IMG/VR virus record: IMGVR_UViG_3300032330_001692
Coordinates: 1-64,000 of that record
Direction: 5' to 3' (one strand)
Source: a virus
Taxonomy: Duplodnaviria > Caudoviricetes
Length of the DNA stretch: 64,000 bases
In this document: positions 39,962 through 50,486 of the stretch, one piece after another
Numbering within the stretch: the stretch's first letter is position 1
Layout: each line of letters opens with the position of its first letter
Notes under the pieces: model-generated
Seen by the model: the letters and a program-made list of their open reading frames with translations, nothing else
Database searches by the model: none
What the model was told of the DNA's origin: nothing
Translations under genes and position numbers: made by a program

Positions 39962-40217
39962 AGTATTGTCCGTTAAAAGATTATTATAACCCAAAACAAA
40001 AGGGCACTCAAGCTAAAATTTCTTAGCCTGAGTGCCCCTTTTCTTCATACTGCTAACACTCCGCGTTGGCGTTGAGACTCTTGATGCTCTTCTTGGGTAC
40101 GATTCACACACAAGCCTCCGTCGTAGAGTAAGGGCTGACCAATCCAAGCCAGCCATTCCAAGGCACTGGGCGTGAACTTGGTGCCAGTGGTATTCCAAGC
40201 CCTTTTAAATTCTTGGT

Positions 40218-41476
40218 TCAAGGTTCTACTCCGAAACTTTCCTTTAGATGTTCAACTGCACTGTCTATGGCATGGTGCCACAGGTGTGGGTAATTTTGAT
40301 TGTTTAAAGTTTGCCAGCTGTGCATTTCCGTTAAAGCAGTCACGCATTCCCTGACAATTTGTTCTGCAAAGAACTCTAGTTCCCGCCTGGTAACCTCACG
40401 GTTGTCATAGTCAATCCACAGGCCGCATTCAATCATTAATTCGTTGATACGATTCATAGTTCTTTAACTCCAAATTTCTCTTTGATGTTGTCTGCAATTT
40501 GCTTTGGCGTGGCATCGTACCAGCATTCTGCTAAACATTCTTGAACAATCAACTGGGCAAACAGTTCTTGACTGAACTGATAGGTTTCATAAGCCATGCC
40601 GTTGTAGTCATTGGTTTCAACAACTGGAACTGTGGCTTGTGCAATGAGTTCTTGAATTCGTGCGCTCATAGTTTTTACCATACAGATTTTTGTACTCGGC
40701 TTGCAGGCTGTTCCAATATTCTAGATCAACACTAGGATCAAATTGAGCATCCTGCATCATTTTGTCAAGATACGGTTTACACCATGCTAAAAATTTTTGG
40801 GATAAACTCACTTTACCACCAGTACAACACTAAGAGTTCAGGTTCTTGAGTTTGTTCGCACAGCCAGTGCAGTACATCTGCTTGGTTTTCGGAGTAGTAC
40901 TCCGCATAGCTGAAATCATCTGTATCAGCCCAGTTCCTGTACTCGTCCAAGTCTAGGTAAAAGTACGAGCCGTTGCTTCTGCAGTCGCTGTAAACTGAAA
41001 ACAGTTTGGTTTTGATGTTGAGGGGCAAGTCTTGACAGTCCAGTGTGGGAGTTTGTTTGATCAGCATATTAATAAGGATTTAAGAGTTGCAGGCCGTAGA
41101 CACGATCACGGTAAAGGTTGATTTCTGAGTAGTAAATACACACTTCATCGCCTGTGGCTTCGTGTGTTGCGTGAAAGTACTCTGGTTCACAGTAGTTTAC
41201 ACGGTAAACATCACCACAGTGAATTACCAGGTGTGCTTGTTCAATGAGTAGTCGGTGCATAGTTTAACCCGGTTGAAAGGCGAAGTGCCCTTGATTGTGA
41301 CCAGTGCCGTGCTTGATCCTGGCACGAATAATGTTGCCTGGAACCCAACCCAGCTCGTCGAGACTGGCTGTGGGCACCCAGAACGTAAAGTCTGCCTGTG
41401 TGCGTGTGTCGTAGGTTTTGTAGCAGTCTACCCTGGTTAGTGGTGTGCTTGTGGTTTGTTTGATGGTTTTGTACAT
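40218..41476 (-). CDS. Cluster of small early hypothetical genes (40218-40457, 40454-40669, 40813-41067, 41069-41260, 41264-41476)
   Basis: Coupled short ORFs; the first two are paralogues (RI.EL...FA..IV.EC...KE.FGV). Confidence 0.6.
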
Positions 41477-42140
41477 AAGAAACTTTCACAAGTTGTTCGA
41501 GCAGATGAACTGGATTTACTTGCAACCAAAAATCAGCAGCAGCAGCACGAGCAACAGCATCAGCAGCACGAGCAACAGCATAAACAGCATAAACAGCATA
41601 AGCAGCATCAGCACGAGCAACAGCATCAGCAGCATAAGCAGCAGCATCAGCAGCATAAGCAGCAGCATCAGCAGCATAAGCAGCAGCATCAGCAGCAGAA
41701 TAAGCAGCAGCATCAGCAGCATCAGCAGCAGAATAAGCAGCATCAGCAGTCTTTTCTGTGCACATAGTTTGCCAAGACTCGCCAAATCCCTGCGTATTGG
41801 CTGTTGACTGTAGCTGCGGCAAGACTTTACACCACATCCATTCTAAAATAATCTTAGATCGCTGAGTTTCATGGCTTCGTCCAGTGCCCGCTGCCTGGGG
41901 GAGCAAAGATTTCCACTCTCGACTATTACGTACAGAATCTGGCATAGAATCCTGAATTCTGATAATCCAATTGCCAATGACCTCACTCATACATTCGGGA
42001 ATATCATCAGTCAGACGCCCAGATAGAGCCAAATTGATTGCAGCAATGCTACAGGCACTTTCTTTGGTACCAACCCCTGAGCACAGTGTCATGCTGCTCA
42101 AAAGTTCAGAGATCTTGGTTTGTTCAGTTTGAGTAATCAT
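41241..42140 (-). CDS. Hypothetical protein with Ala-Asp-Tyr repeats
   Basis: Start MITQTEQ; L..GVG....ACS.AAIN, D.P.C.S.V; AADAAAY repeats. C-terminus uncertain. Confidence 0.6.
   Translation of the reverse strand: MITQTEQTKISELLSSMTLCSGVGTKESACSIAAINLALSGRLTDDIPECMSEVIGNWIIRIQDSMPDSVRNSREWKSLLPQAAGTGRSHETQRSKIILEWMWCKVLPQLQSTANTQGFGESWQTMCTEKTADAAYSAADAADAAAYSAADAAAYAADAAAYAADAAAYAADAVARADAAYAVYAVYAVARAADAVARAAAADFWLQVNPVHLLEQLVKVSYVQNHQTNHKHTTNQGRLLQNLRHTHTGRLYVLGAHSQSRRAGLGSRQHYSCQDQARHWSQSRALRLSTGLNYAPTTH
41535..41748. repeat. Low-complexity tandem repeat encoding AADAAAY
   Basis: GCAGCAGCATCAGCAGCATAA-type units. Confidence 0.9.
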
Positions 42141-42405
42141 GGTGGTTTCCGTGTTTTGATAAATCATTATAACCCAAAACAAAAAGCCATTCAACACAAT
42201 AATTACTGTGCTGAATGGCCTTGAGTTTAATCGTCCCAGCGATCCCGTTTGTTTTGCCGGCGCTGATCGCGCTGCTTCTTTTCTTGCGGATTGCGCTGTG
42301 GTTTGTCTACCAAAACTTCTTCTGTTAAGAACGTTTGTTCTTGAGTGATTTTGTCCCAATTTTCCAGTGTTTGCTGGTTGATGACGTGTTGATACTTGTT
42401 TTTGT

Positions 42406-42849
42406 TCATAGCTTTGTGCTGTAAAATACGTGATTGCCGATGTGGGCTACACGCTTGAGTTGCAGTCGCCAACGTGGTTTGACTGCTGTGGTGTGATAGT
42501 GAGTGGCCCCGAGCCCACGTAGTTGGTGACGGTGTGATAAGGCTACTCTGGCCAAGTACATGCTGCTGGCGTCTGTTGTGGGCCGGTGCCTGCGCTGATT
42601 GGTCCAAGAAAACTGATGGGGTTGATAAACTACCTCACATACGGTTCTGGGGTAGTCTTGGTGCTGAGTTCGGTTCAAGGTGACTACTGCAACTGCCAAT
42701 CCTCCTAGATAGCCCTCGCCACGAGCTTCGTGGTAAATGTTAGTGGCCAAGCATTTGACGTCTTGTTCGGTGTAACGTGGTCGGGGTATTCGTGCATCTG
42801 CTGTGGAGATTGACACTAGCAACAGTAGTATTGCTAGTAGTGCTTTCAT
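42406..42849 (-). CDS. SleB-like cell wall hydrolase
   Basis: CLA.NIYHEARGE, V..V.LNR, VVYQ..QFSW, ATHYH, IGNHVFY; N-terminal signal/TM segment. Confidence 0.9.
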   Translation of the reverse strand: MKALLAILLLLVSISTADARIPRPRYTEQDVKCLATNIYHEARGEGYLGGLAVAVVTLNRTQHQDYPRTVCEVVYQPHQFSWTNQRRHRPTTDASSMYLARVALSHRHQLRGLGATHYHTTAVKPRWRLQLKRVAHIGNHVFYSTKL

Positions 42850-43853
42850 GGTTTTTCCAGTGATAAAAAATCATTTTAGCACTAACGCAAAAGAAATTCA
42901 AGTGTAAAATTTTTAGGAGTATCGTTTCAGCAAATCCTGTTCGTTTTTGTCAAGCTGGTGCAGATGTTGATCCAGTTTCTCTTGCCACTCCCGAAGTTCC
43001 TTGTTGGGCAGCTGTTTCTGTGTGTTCTGGTACATTTCCAGTGCTTTGCTGTTGGGCATCAGCCAGCAATTTTTGTAGAAGACTGCGTTGCGCATCTAGT
43101 TCCTGTGTGGTTTGATTTAATTGTTGGGCCAGTGTTTGATTTGCACGTTCCAAGCCCTGACACACTTGTAAGAGCTCTTCCAGTGCACGTGCAGCTTGTA
43201 GGTTTAAGTTGGTAGGCGGTCTGGTAACGAAACTTTCTGTGTTGTCCGGCTGCACCTGGAAGTGCACAGTGCCGGCCCGCAGTTGTTGTATGATTTGCAT
43301 AATTTCCCCTTGTAGCCTAAATTATACTCCAACAACCTGTGCCTTGCAACAGAAAATTTTTAAATGTCTCACACAAACCCTGAAAATTTTTGTGTTGCAA
43401 CAAAGATGCCCGAGTGTTATAATTGTTGCAACTGAGGATGATTATATGAATACAGACCAAGAGTATATTACGCAGCTAGAAGCGCTGATCGTAAACGAGC
43501 TGCTTCCAGCACGTGAAAAGTATTACCAACTCTTGGGTGTTCAGCCACCAGACTTGGGTTTGAGTTTTGAATTTAAACTGCGACAAAGAACGCCTGCATT
43601 GTTCAAGCCCAAACCCAAAAAATAAAACGGGGTTTTCACGTTTACCCTGTACTGCCTCAGGCAAGAAAAAACTAAATCGGTGCACAATCTCATTTACAGA
43701 TTTGGCCTACAAACCAGATCCTAAACTTGAGATGAATGTATTGTAAGTCCTGTTGTAGCAGGCTGATACTTATGTTGGGAAACAGACTAGCCTAGAGGGT
43801 AATACTGGCACAGCAGGGTGAAAGACCCTGCTCCCTTAACCTAACCTATTATC

Positions 43854-44543
43854 ATGACAACATTTCCTTCAGAAGACTTCAAACAAGTATTTGGCAAATT
43901 CGATGCAGTAAACCTGCCCCCTGCCAGCGGTCGCACAGTGCACAGTACGCTTCCCAATACCACAGTTGCTCCAGCAAGTACTTATAACACTACTTGCGCT
44001 AATTTAGATTCAGGATTTTATGTAAATGCGGATGCTCACAGCAATGAAAAAGTTTTGGCTAACCTCCCGCTAGGAAGTATAACATACGGACCAACTCACA
44101 GCTGGCCAGAAAACATCATCACCACGCTTCCACTTCCATGCTCGCCTGTGGTAAATTTGACTCCAGCACAACAAAAGCATATAGATCAGCAGCGTGAGAA
44201 AGTATTAGAAGATCAGAAAAAATCTACCACAGCCATTCGTTATGATTCCGGCAAAGCAGACTGGAGCCTGATGCCTTGGGAAGCTGTAGAAGAAATCAAC
44301 AAGGTTTTGGAGTTTGGTGCCAAAAAGTACGCAAAACACAACTGGCAGCAGGGTGAAGGCTTCAGTTACACACGAGTGTTGAATTCACTGTTACGCCACG
44401 TATTCTCCTACATGCGCGGTGAGGATTTGGACCCTGAGAGCGGACTGTCACACATGGCACACGCAGGTTGCAATGTACTTTTCATACTCTACTACATCAA
44501 GAACAAGTCTCGTTACAAGAATGATGATCGCTATGTGCAATGA
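43854..44543 (+). CDS. dATP/dGTP diphosphohydrolase domain protein (DUF5664-like)
   Basis: RYD.GK..W.L.P..A...V..FGAKKY...NW..G...SLLRH...GED.DPESGL.H.AHA.CN. Confidence 0.85.
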   Translation: MTTFPSEDFKQVFGKFDAVNLPPASGRTVHSTLPNTTVAPASTYNTTCANLDSGFYVNADAHSNEKVLANLPLGSITYGPTHSWPENIITTLPLPCSPVVNLTPAQQKHIDQQREKVLEDQKKSTTAIRYDSGKADWSLMPWEAVEEINKVLEFGAKKYAKHNWQQGEGFSYTRVLNSLLRHVFSYMRGEDLDPESGLSHMAHAGCNVLFILYYIKNKSRYKNDDRYVQ

Positions 44544-44740
44544 ATGAATTAGAACAGGCGCTGTATAAAACGCGCAGTATCCTACCACATGTGTGTTTAG
44601 AGTTGGACTTAGACCCCAGCTATCCCAACTCATTACAAGAATGCTCAAGTTGCAGTATCTGGCTCAAGCCCACACAGCTGCAGCCGGACTTGGACGGCTT
44701 GCCTATTTGCAGAGACTGCTGGCAGTGGTACGGTGAATAA
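44540..44740 (+). CDS. Small zinc-finger protein
   Basis: CSSC...CRDC. Confidence 0.55.
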   Translation: MNELEQALYKTRSILPHVCLELDLDPSYPNSLQECSSCSIWLKPTQLQPDLDGLPICRDCWQWYGE

Positions 44741-45335
44741 AGTCATTCTTAGTTTATTTGATTACTCAGGCAACTGGCCACATGCTTATCGCGCAGCAGG
44801 CTATTCGGTATTTCAAGTAGATATTAAACATGACGTCAATATACTGGAACTAACGCCAGATGAGTTGCCTTTTGAACAAGTCTATGGCATCTTGGCAGCA
44901 CCGCCTTGTACGGACTTTGCTAGCTCAGGGGCGCAGTACTGGAAGGCCAAAGATCAGGACGGGCGCACAGCACACTCACTGGCTTTAGTAGACAAAGTAC
45001 TAGAGCTAGTAGACTACTTTGAACCAGAGTTCTGGGCGTTAGAAAATCCAGTAGGCAGGCTGAGCACACTACGCCCACAGCTGGGCAAACCTTGGTACTT
45101 CAATCCGCATGAATTTGCAGGTTGGTGTGATACTGCCGAGCAACAACAACACGAGCGTTACACCAAGAAAACTGGTTTGTGGGGGCGGTTTAACCCACCT
45201 GAAAAGCGTGATTTATTGAACAATCCAGAAAACAACTGGATGATGCGCTTGGGCGGCAAGTCAGAGCGTACCAAAGAACTGCGCTCAATGACACCCCGTG
45301 GATTTGCCCAAGCGTTTTACGAAGCCAATAAATAA
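44733..45335 (+). CDS. Short C5-cytosine DNA methyltransferase
   Basis: LSLF motif I, APPCT motif IV, ENP motif VI. Confidence 0.75.
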   Translation: MNKVILSLFDYSGNWPHAYRAAGYSVFQVDIKHDVNILELTPDELPFEQVYGILAAPPCTDFASSGAQYWKAKDQDGRTAHSLALVDKVLELVDYFEPEFWALENPVGRLSTLRPQLGKPWYFNPHEFAGWCDTAEQQQHERYTKKTGLWGRFNPPEKRDLLNNPENNWMMRLGGKSERTKELRSMTPRGFAQAFYEANK

Positions 45336-45390
45336 CATACTTGACACTCTTGCCCAGTTTTGATATAATTTGTGCTCACAAAGGATAACT

Positions 45391-46383
45391 ATGTTCGCAC
45401 AAACACTCAACCGCATTGGTTTTGCCTGCAAACCCACAGACGTAGGGTTGCCTCAGATTACCTCAACCACCATCAAGTGGCTGAGCTCTCAAACCCGTGA
45501 TGTGGCAGTCAGCCGACTGCGTTCACTCATGCAGCAGAATGTACAGACTCTGGAAAAGCATGTGCGCTGGCTGGGCACACTGCCCAACCACTTGCGCATG
45601 TATCGCATTTCAAGCGAACTGTGTACTGCGTACACGCATCCAGACTGGATGTGGTTCTACTTTGAGCCTGAAACTGTACAGTGGCTGGAAACCAATCTCT
45701 CACGTGTGGGTGAACTGGCTCGTACACTAGACGTGCGATTGAGCTTCCACCCCGGTCAGTTCTGTGTACTGGCCTCAGACAACCCTGAGATTGTAGAACG
45801 ATCCCTCATGGAGTTTGAGTATCACGTAGACATGATTCGCTACATGGGTTATGGCCGAGAATTTCAAGACTTCAAGTGCAACGTACACATCGGCGGCAAG
45901 CAAGGTCCCGCAGGCATCAAACGTGCTGTGCGTTCGCTTAGCCGTGAAGCACGCAATGTGTTGTGTATTGAGAATGCAGAGTTTTCCTGGGGCTTAGATG
46001 CCTCACTAGAATTGGTAGACACCTGTGCGCTAACACTGGACGTGCATCACCACTGGATTGCCACCGGTGAATACCTGAAACCCACAGACATTCGTGTTAG
46101 GCGGTTATGGGAATCATGGCGTGGTGTGCGTCCAGTAGTGCACTACTCTCAATCGCGCGAAGATGTAATCGGCGAAGACTGGGATCAAGATACTCTAGTA
46201 GACTTGCAACAAGTACTGGCACTAGGTTACACTCGTGCTCGTTTGCGTGCGCACTCAGAAATGTACTGGAATACTGCACAGAACACCTGGCTTGCAACCT
46301 TCGTTCCACACGCTGATGTAATGTGTGAGGCAAAACAGAAGAACCTGGCAGCACACACATTCGCAAATTCTGTGTTGCCGTAA
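45391..46383 (+). CDS. uvsE: UV DNA damage endonuclease
   Basis: RIGFAC, YRISS, RLSFHPGQF.VL, IEN, LDVHHH, HYSQSR, AHS, MCEAK.K motifs. Confidence 0.92.
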   Translation: MFAQTLNRIGFACKPTDVGLPQITSTTIKWLSSQTRDVAVSRLRSLMQQNVQTLEKHVRWLGTLPNHLRMYRISSELCTAYTHPDWMWFYFEPETVQWLETNLSRVGELARTLDVRLSFHPGQFCVLASDNPEIVERSLMEFEYHVDMIRYMGYGREFQDFKCNVHIGGKQGPAGIKRAVRSLSREARNVLCIENAEFSWGLDASLELVDTCALTLDVHHHWIATGEYLKPTDIRVRRLWESWRGVRPVVHYSQSREDVIGEDWDQDTLVDLQQVLALGYTRARLRAHSEMYWNTAQNTWLATFVPHADVMCEAKQKNLAAHTFANSVLP

Positions 46384-46701
46384 CAGCCCGATTTCGATAT
46401 AATTTGTATAACAAATCGGAGAACACACATGACACAACTTCCACCGCTGCCCCCGCCCAAAGACTACGGTCGCGGCTTGTACACCGCTGCACAGATGTTA
46501 GAGTACGCACGCATGGCAGTAGCTCCTCAGTCACACATCTGCGTGGTACCTGTGGCTGAAGTAGGTGATCTAGTCATTGAAGTACGTGAACGTGTTATGG
46601 TTACGGGCTTCAAGAGTCGCGATTCGCTGTACACATTAGCAAATTCTGTGTTGTAATCGCAACAGTTTTAGTCTATAATTGATTCTTCAATTGGAGAACA
46701 C

Positions 46702-47019
46702 ATGACCAAGCAAATGTACCTAATCAACTACGACTGCGCACACTGGTGTGGCGGTGACTCCCACTGCGTGGTGTGGGCAGAAGATGCCGTTGAGGCTGAG
46801 CTGGAAGCAGGCCTTTTCATGGAAGAGCACATGCGCGAACTGTTTCAAGATGAGTACAACGAATACTACGATGATGACAGCGAAACCAGCAACTACGATG
46901 ACGAGTCGGCCGTAAGCGTAATCTCAGTGGAACTTTTCAACGAAACTCACGAGCAGTGGCAATTCTTTCAAGACCCTAGTCAAAGTGAGTTTTACCCTGT
47001 GATTGGAACCCCAGAATGA
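46702..47019 (+). CDS. Acidic hypothetical protein
   Basis: Own promoter and GGAGAACAC-ATG leader; resembles 58312-58632. Confidence 0.6.
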   Translation: MTKQMYLINYDCAHWCGGDSHCVVWAEDAVEAELEAGLFMEEHMRELFQDEYNEYYDDDSETSNYDDESAVSVISVELFNETHEQWQFFQDPSQSEFYPVIGTPE

Positions 47020-47190
47020 GTCCAGCTACTTTTAACTACTACCAGGAGCTAGTAGCCGAACTGCAAGACTTCAGCACAGAAATCTTGCAAGGTGCCGTAG
47101 AAACCGGCAAACCCGCTGACGTGCGAGCTGTGTTTGACGAGTATCTACTGATTCCCTGGGGCGTTCTAAGCTCTGATTTCGAGTAAACCG

Positions 47191-47265
47191 CTGCCCTTAG
47201 TATAATGGACAATACACGAAGCTTCTACCTTCATGATGGGAGTTCGATTCTCTCAGGGCGGACCA
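47191..47265 (+). tRNA. tRNA-Arg(TCT)
   Basis: Cloverleaf, loop CT-TCT-AC, GTTCGATTC, CCA. Confidence 0.85.
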
Positions 47266-47422
47266 CTATGCAAGAATACCGCATTCAGTACGTAACCACT
47301 TACGGTAAGTTTACCACACTTGTACGTGCTGATTCACCAAACGAAGCACGAGACCGTCTCGTTGCTCAATTCAATCACGAAAACGAACTGCTGGAGATAA
47401 CATCAGTTCAGAGGACCACCTG

Positions 47423-47872
47423 ATGTTAGTAGACGACTTAAAAACCCTTTTAGCCACCAGCTTTTCATATTCCTTAAAAGCGGCAAACTACCACTGGAAC
47501 ATTGAAGGCGAAGACTTTATCGCTTTCCATCCTTGGCTTGGCGAGCTGTATGCAGACGTATACGGCACAGTAGACCCTCTGGCAGAGTACATTCGTACCT
47601 TGCAAGCATACACTCCGGCTTCGCTGACCCGCTTTCAAGAACTTTCACGCGTTTCAGATCAGCTGGAAGTGGTGCAGTTTCCCCAAATCTTTGAGCAGCT
47701 TTTAACTGATACTCTGTTGCTGATTGATTTGCTGAACACAACCTTTGACTCAGCCACAAAAGAACGCCAGCAAGGCATTGCTAACTTCATGGCAGAACGC
47801 CTAGACGCAATGCAAAAGTACGCTTGGCAGATTCGTGCCACACTCAAGGTGATTCCAGGAGACATGTCGTAA
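47423..47872 (+). CDS. dps: Dps/ferritin-like DNA protection protein
   Basis: HWNIEG..F...H....LY......D..AE.IR, K.AW..RA motifs. Confidence 0.9.
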   Translation: MLVDDLKTLLATSFSYSLKAANYHWNIEGEDFIAFHPWLGELYADVYGTVDPLAEYIRTLQAYTPASLTRFQELSRVSDQLEVVQFPQIFEQLLTDTLLLIDLLNTTFDSATKERQQGIANFMAERLDAMQKYAWQIRATLKVIPGDMS

Positions 47873-48370
47873 TGTGGTGGCTTTGCACAGTGTGGGTTGA
47901 CGGCGGCGAGTATTACCGTTGTGCTGTACGAGCAGGCAACGACTACTACGCCACCAAACTGGCCCGAGAGCATTACAAACAAGAAGGCGAGTTTGTAGTA
48001 GAAACAGAAGCTGAAATGTTCAACACTTTTGAGCACGGCGATCCAGAAGATTATGAAATTATCACTTGAACAGTGTGGTATTTTCCATTATAATTGATTC
48101 TTCAATGGAGAACACATGGCTGCTTACTCACGAGACTTTTTGATTTCAGCTTTTCTTAGCCGTTACGTAACGCTACCTGAAGCACAATTTGAGAGTTTGT
48201 GTGAAATGGCGTACCAGTTCTATGATCGAGCTGGACGAGATAAGTTTCGTGTGTATTGCTGTTTGGATGCTGAGGCCATTAAACTTTACCGTGAACAGCT
48301 TTAAAAATCCTGTGTTGCGGTTTAGAGTGTTTTAGTTTATAATTTGTATTCGGTTGGGAAATCAATCGAA

Positions 48371-48472
48371 TCCATATTTTAGCACATTAATTGACACTGG
48401 TGCCCCTTTTCTAGAGTGTCAGTAAACGTCGGCAGGGGAAATGTCGAGCAGGTTAGTGTGCTATACTATGGA
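48371..48472 (+). ncRNA. Unidentified structured RNA (possible kissing loop)
   Basis: TAGCACATTAA/TTAGTGTGCTA closing helix; two hairpins with complementary loops CCCC/GGGG; directly after a promoter. Confidence 0.5.
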
Positions 48473-48555
48473 GTTTTATACCGTTAAGGAGACGGTTCCG
48501 GCTGTAACCCGGACGCGCTTGCGCTCTGATGGATCGTTACCATCAAACTCCACCA
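48470..48555 (+). tRNA. tRNA-Tyr(GTA)
   Basis: Cloverleaf with long variable arm, atypical T-loop ATCGTTA, CCA. Confidence 0.85.
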
Positions 48556-48607
48556 CATCAAACAAGGAGTATATTATGTTATTTTAGATAAACTAAAGGA
48601 GCATGAT

Positions 48608-48961
48608 ATGTCTAGAACATACAAAGACAAGCCCTATAAATTCATGAATCCTGAACAGGACTGGGAATATAGGCATACTGGCACTCCACATACCCGCGAG
48701 TATCGTGTATACTCCGAGGGTTGCTGGAAGTGGGTAGAGTACGATAGGGTTTACTGGCTAAAAAAGCCCGGCGTACTAACCAAGAAAAAGAAGCACAAGG
48801 ACACTGAGCATCACTGGATGACTACTCCCAGCTGGTGGACACGTATGTATATGCGACGTCCGCAACGTGTTCGTGAGAATCAACAGCTTCGCAATATCCG
48901 TGATATTGACGAGTTTGACTTTGTGGATACTGGCCGCAAGCCACACATCTACTACTGGTAG
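48608..48961 (+). CDS. Basic hypothetical protein
   Basis: AAGGAG RBS; MSRTYK..P, TPSWW motifs. Confidence 0.65.
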   Translation: MSRTYKDKPYKFMNPEQDWEYRHTGTPHTREYRVYSEGCWKWVEYDRVYWLKKPGVLTKKKKHKDTEHHWMTTPSWWTRMYMRRPQRVRENQQLRNIRDIDEFDFVDTGRKPHIYYW

Positions 48962-49151
48962 GCTATGAAAACAAATAAAAAGAAATACTGGTGGTATGTG
49001 TGGCAAAAGGCCATTGGTGACAAAGCAAGTGTTAGTGCGCAGGTATCAGACCATGTGTCCATTGTACGTACCTTCTTGGTACTAAGCTACCTGTTCACTA
49101 ACTTCATAATCATACTAGGTGTGTGGCATCATTGGTAAACGAAAGGTAAAA

Positions 49152-50010
49152 ATGTCTGTGTGGCGTGTGGCTCCGGCCAAAGAACATCCTGAAGCTGTGC
49201 TGGTTTCTTGGCGAGTATTTGAACTTGAAAACGGTGATCGACACTTTTGTGGCCGCGAAACTCTATATCGCGAAGGCCGAGTCACCAGCCGTGTAGTAAG
49301 CTTTGATCCCAAATCTCGGCAGGGCATCACTCGTTCAAGCCGGTGCTATGAGCTGCAAGGCCCTCCAGGCCACAACGCAGATGCACTGTATGTGTGGGAC
49401 TACTGGTGCCGCGTAAACGGCATTACACAGTGCACAGACGTCACAGATCAGGTGTACGAAGAATTTACCCATTAAATTTTACACTTGCCGGCATGTTGCT
49501 TTTCAGTTATAATAATTCTTTGAAAATACAAACACACCATGAAATTTCGTGAAAAAACGGTTGAGATAGAAGCCATTGAATTTGTTTATACCGGAGGCGG
49601 ACTTCAAGCTTTGCGCGAATTTTGTGGTGATGCCCTGGGTTACGTAAACAAGGCCAGGCACATCAATGCCAAAGCAGAAGCTGAGATTAAAAATGTCTAC
49701 TCAGGCATAACATACGTTGCCGTAGAAGGTGACTGGATCGTCAAAAATGGCTCCGGTCATTTTCACAACTGTGATCCTCAAACATTTTGGAAAACCTATG
49801 AGCCAGTATGATCGTTTTGAGCATGAACAGCAACTCATGCGTTGTTGGCAAATCACTGATGACCTACAAGTGTTGGCAGAAGGTGTTCTAGAAGGCAGCA
49901 TGACCACTGATGATGTGGCAAATGTACTGCAGGGACTGCAACAGCTGTATGCACTAAAGTTTGACTCCCTGTGGAACAGCTTTGAAGCATCAATTCAAAT
50001 CCGCGACTGA
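49152..50010 (+). CDS. Three early hypothetical genes (49152-49475, 49539-49811, ~49798-50010)
   Basis: RBS-preceded ORFs; 49539 has GDWIVK..G.F..C....F.KTYE motif. Confidence 0.6.
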
Positions 50011-50074
50011 GTGTGATGGAAGCACGCTAGGCTCATAACCTAGAGGACCTGTTCGATTCAGGAGTTCGCAACCA
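50002..50074 (+). tRNA. tRNA-Met(CAT), initiator-like
   Basis: CT-CAT-AA loop, C1:A72 mismatch, CCA; irregular acceptor stem. Confidence 0.7.
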
Positions 50075-50080
50075 GTTAAT

Positions 50081-50167
50081 CCGAGTGTAGGCTAGCCTGG
50101 TCAAGTCACTCCGTTTGGGGCGGAGAGCGTAACTGCATCGCAGGTTCGAATCCTGCTACTCGGACCA
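50081..50167 (+). tRNA. tRNA-Pro(TGG) with enlarged variable region
   Basis: Cloverleaf TT-TGG-GG, 14-nt variable region, CCA. Confidence 0.85.
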
Positions 50168-50259
50168 ATTAAAAAAGCAGCATAAGCAGCCTTAGCATAA
50201 CAACACAGTCTATCTGCGCATAGTCTAAGTTCCGCTGTATCTAGGCTGCTTTTTTAATT
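50167..50259 (+). ncRNA. Unidentified helix-closed spacer RNA
   Basis: 15-bp AATTAAAAAAGCAGC/GCTGCTTTTTTAATT. Confidence 0.4.
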
Positions 50260-50267
50260 GTGTTATT

Positions 50268-50341
50268 CTCTCCTAAGTGTTCCGGTAGCACAAGTGACTC
50301 CAAACCACTTGGACGCGGTTCGATTCCGTGAGGAGAGGCCA
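50268..50341 (+). tRNA. tRNA-Trp(CCA)
   Basis: Cloverleaf CT-CCA-AA, CCA end. Confidence 0.85.
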
Positions 50342-50486
50342 ATAATTAAGTACTATCAAGGTATCGTGTGCAGACGTGTACACTACTCGGGCGCAACTGG
50401 CGAGGAAAGCGTCCTGATATAACTGATTAGTCGCTGTGGGATGAAAGCATCAGACCCCTAAATAGATCAGATAGTATTTAATTATT
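50341..50486 (+). ncRNA. Unidentified helix-closed RNA between tRNA-Trp and tRNA-Ala
   Basis: 17-bp AATAATTAAGTACTATC/GATAGTATTTAATTATT enclosing ~110 nt. Confidence 0.55.

Noticed and set aside
41445-41807. Poly-Q/H, poly-S and poly-L ORFs
   Set aside because: Alternative-frame shadows of the AADAAAY repeat.
50341-50486. Hammerhead ribozyme
   Set aside because: No CTGANGA core correctly placed relative to GAAA.
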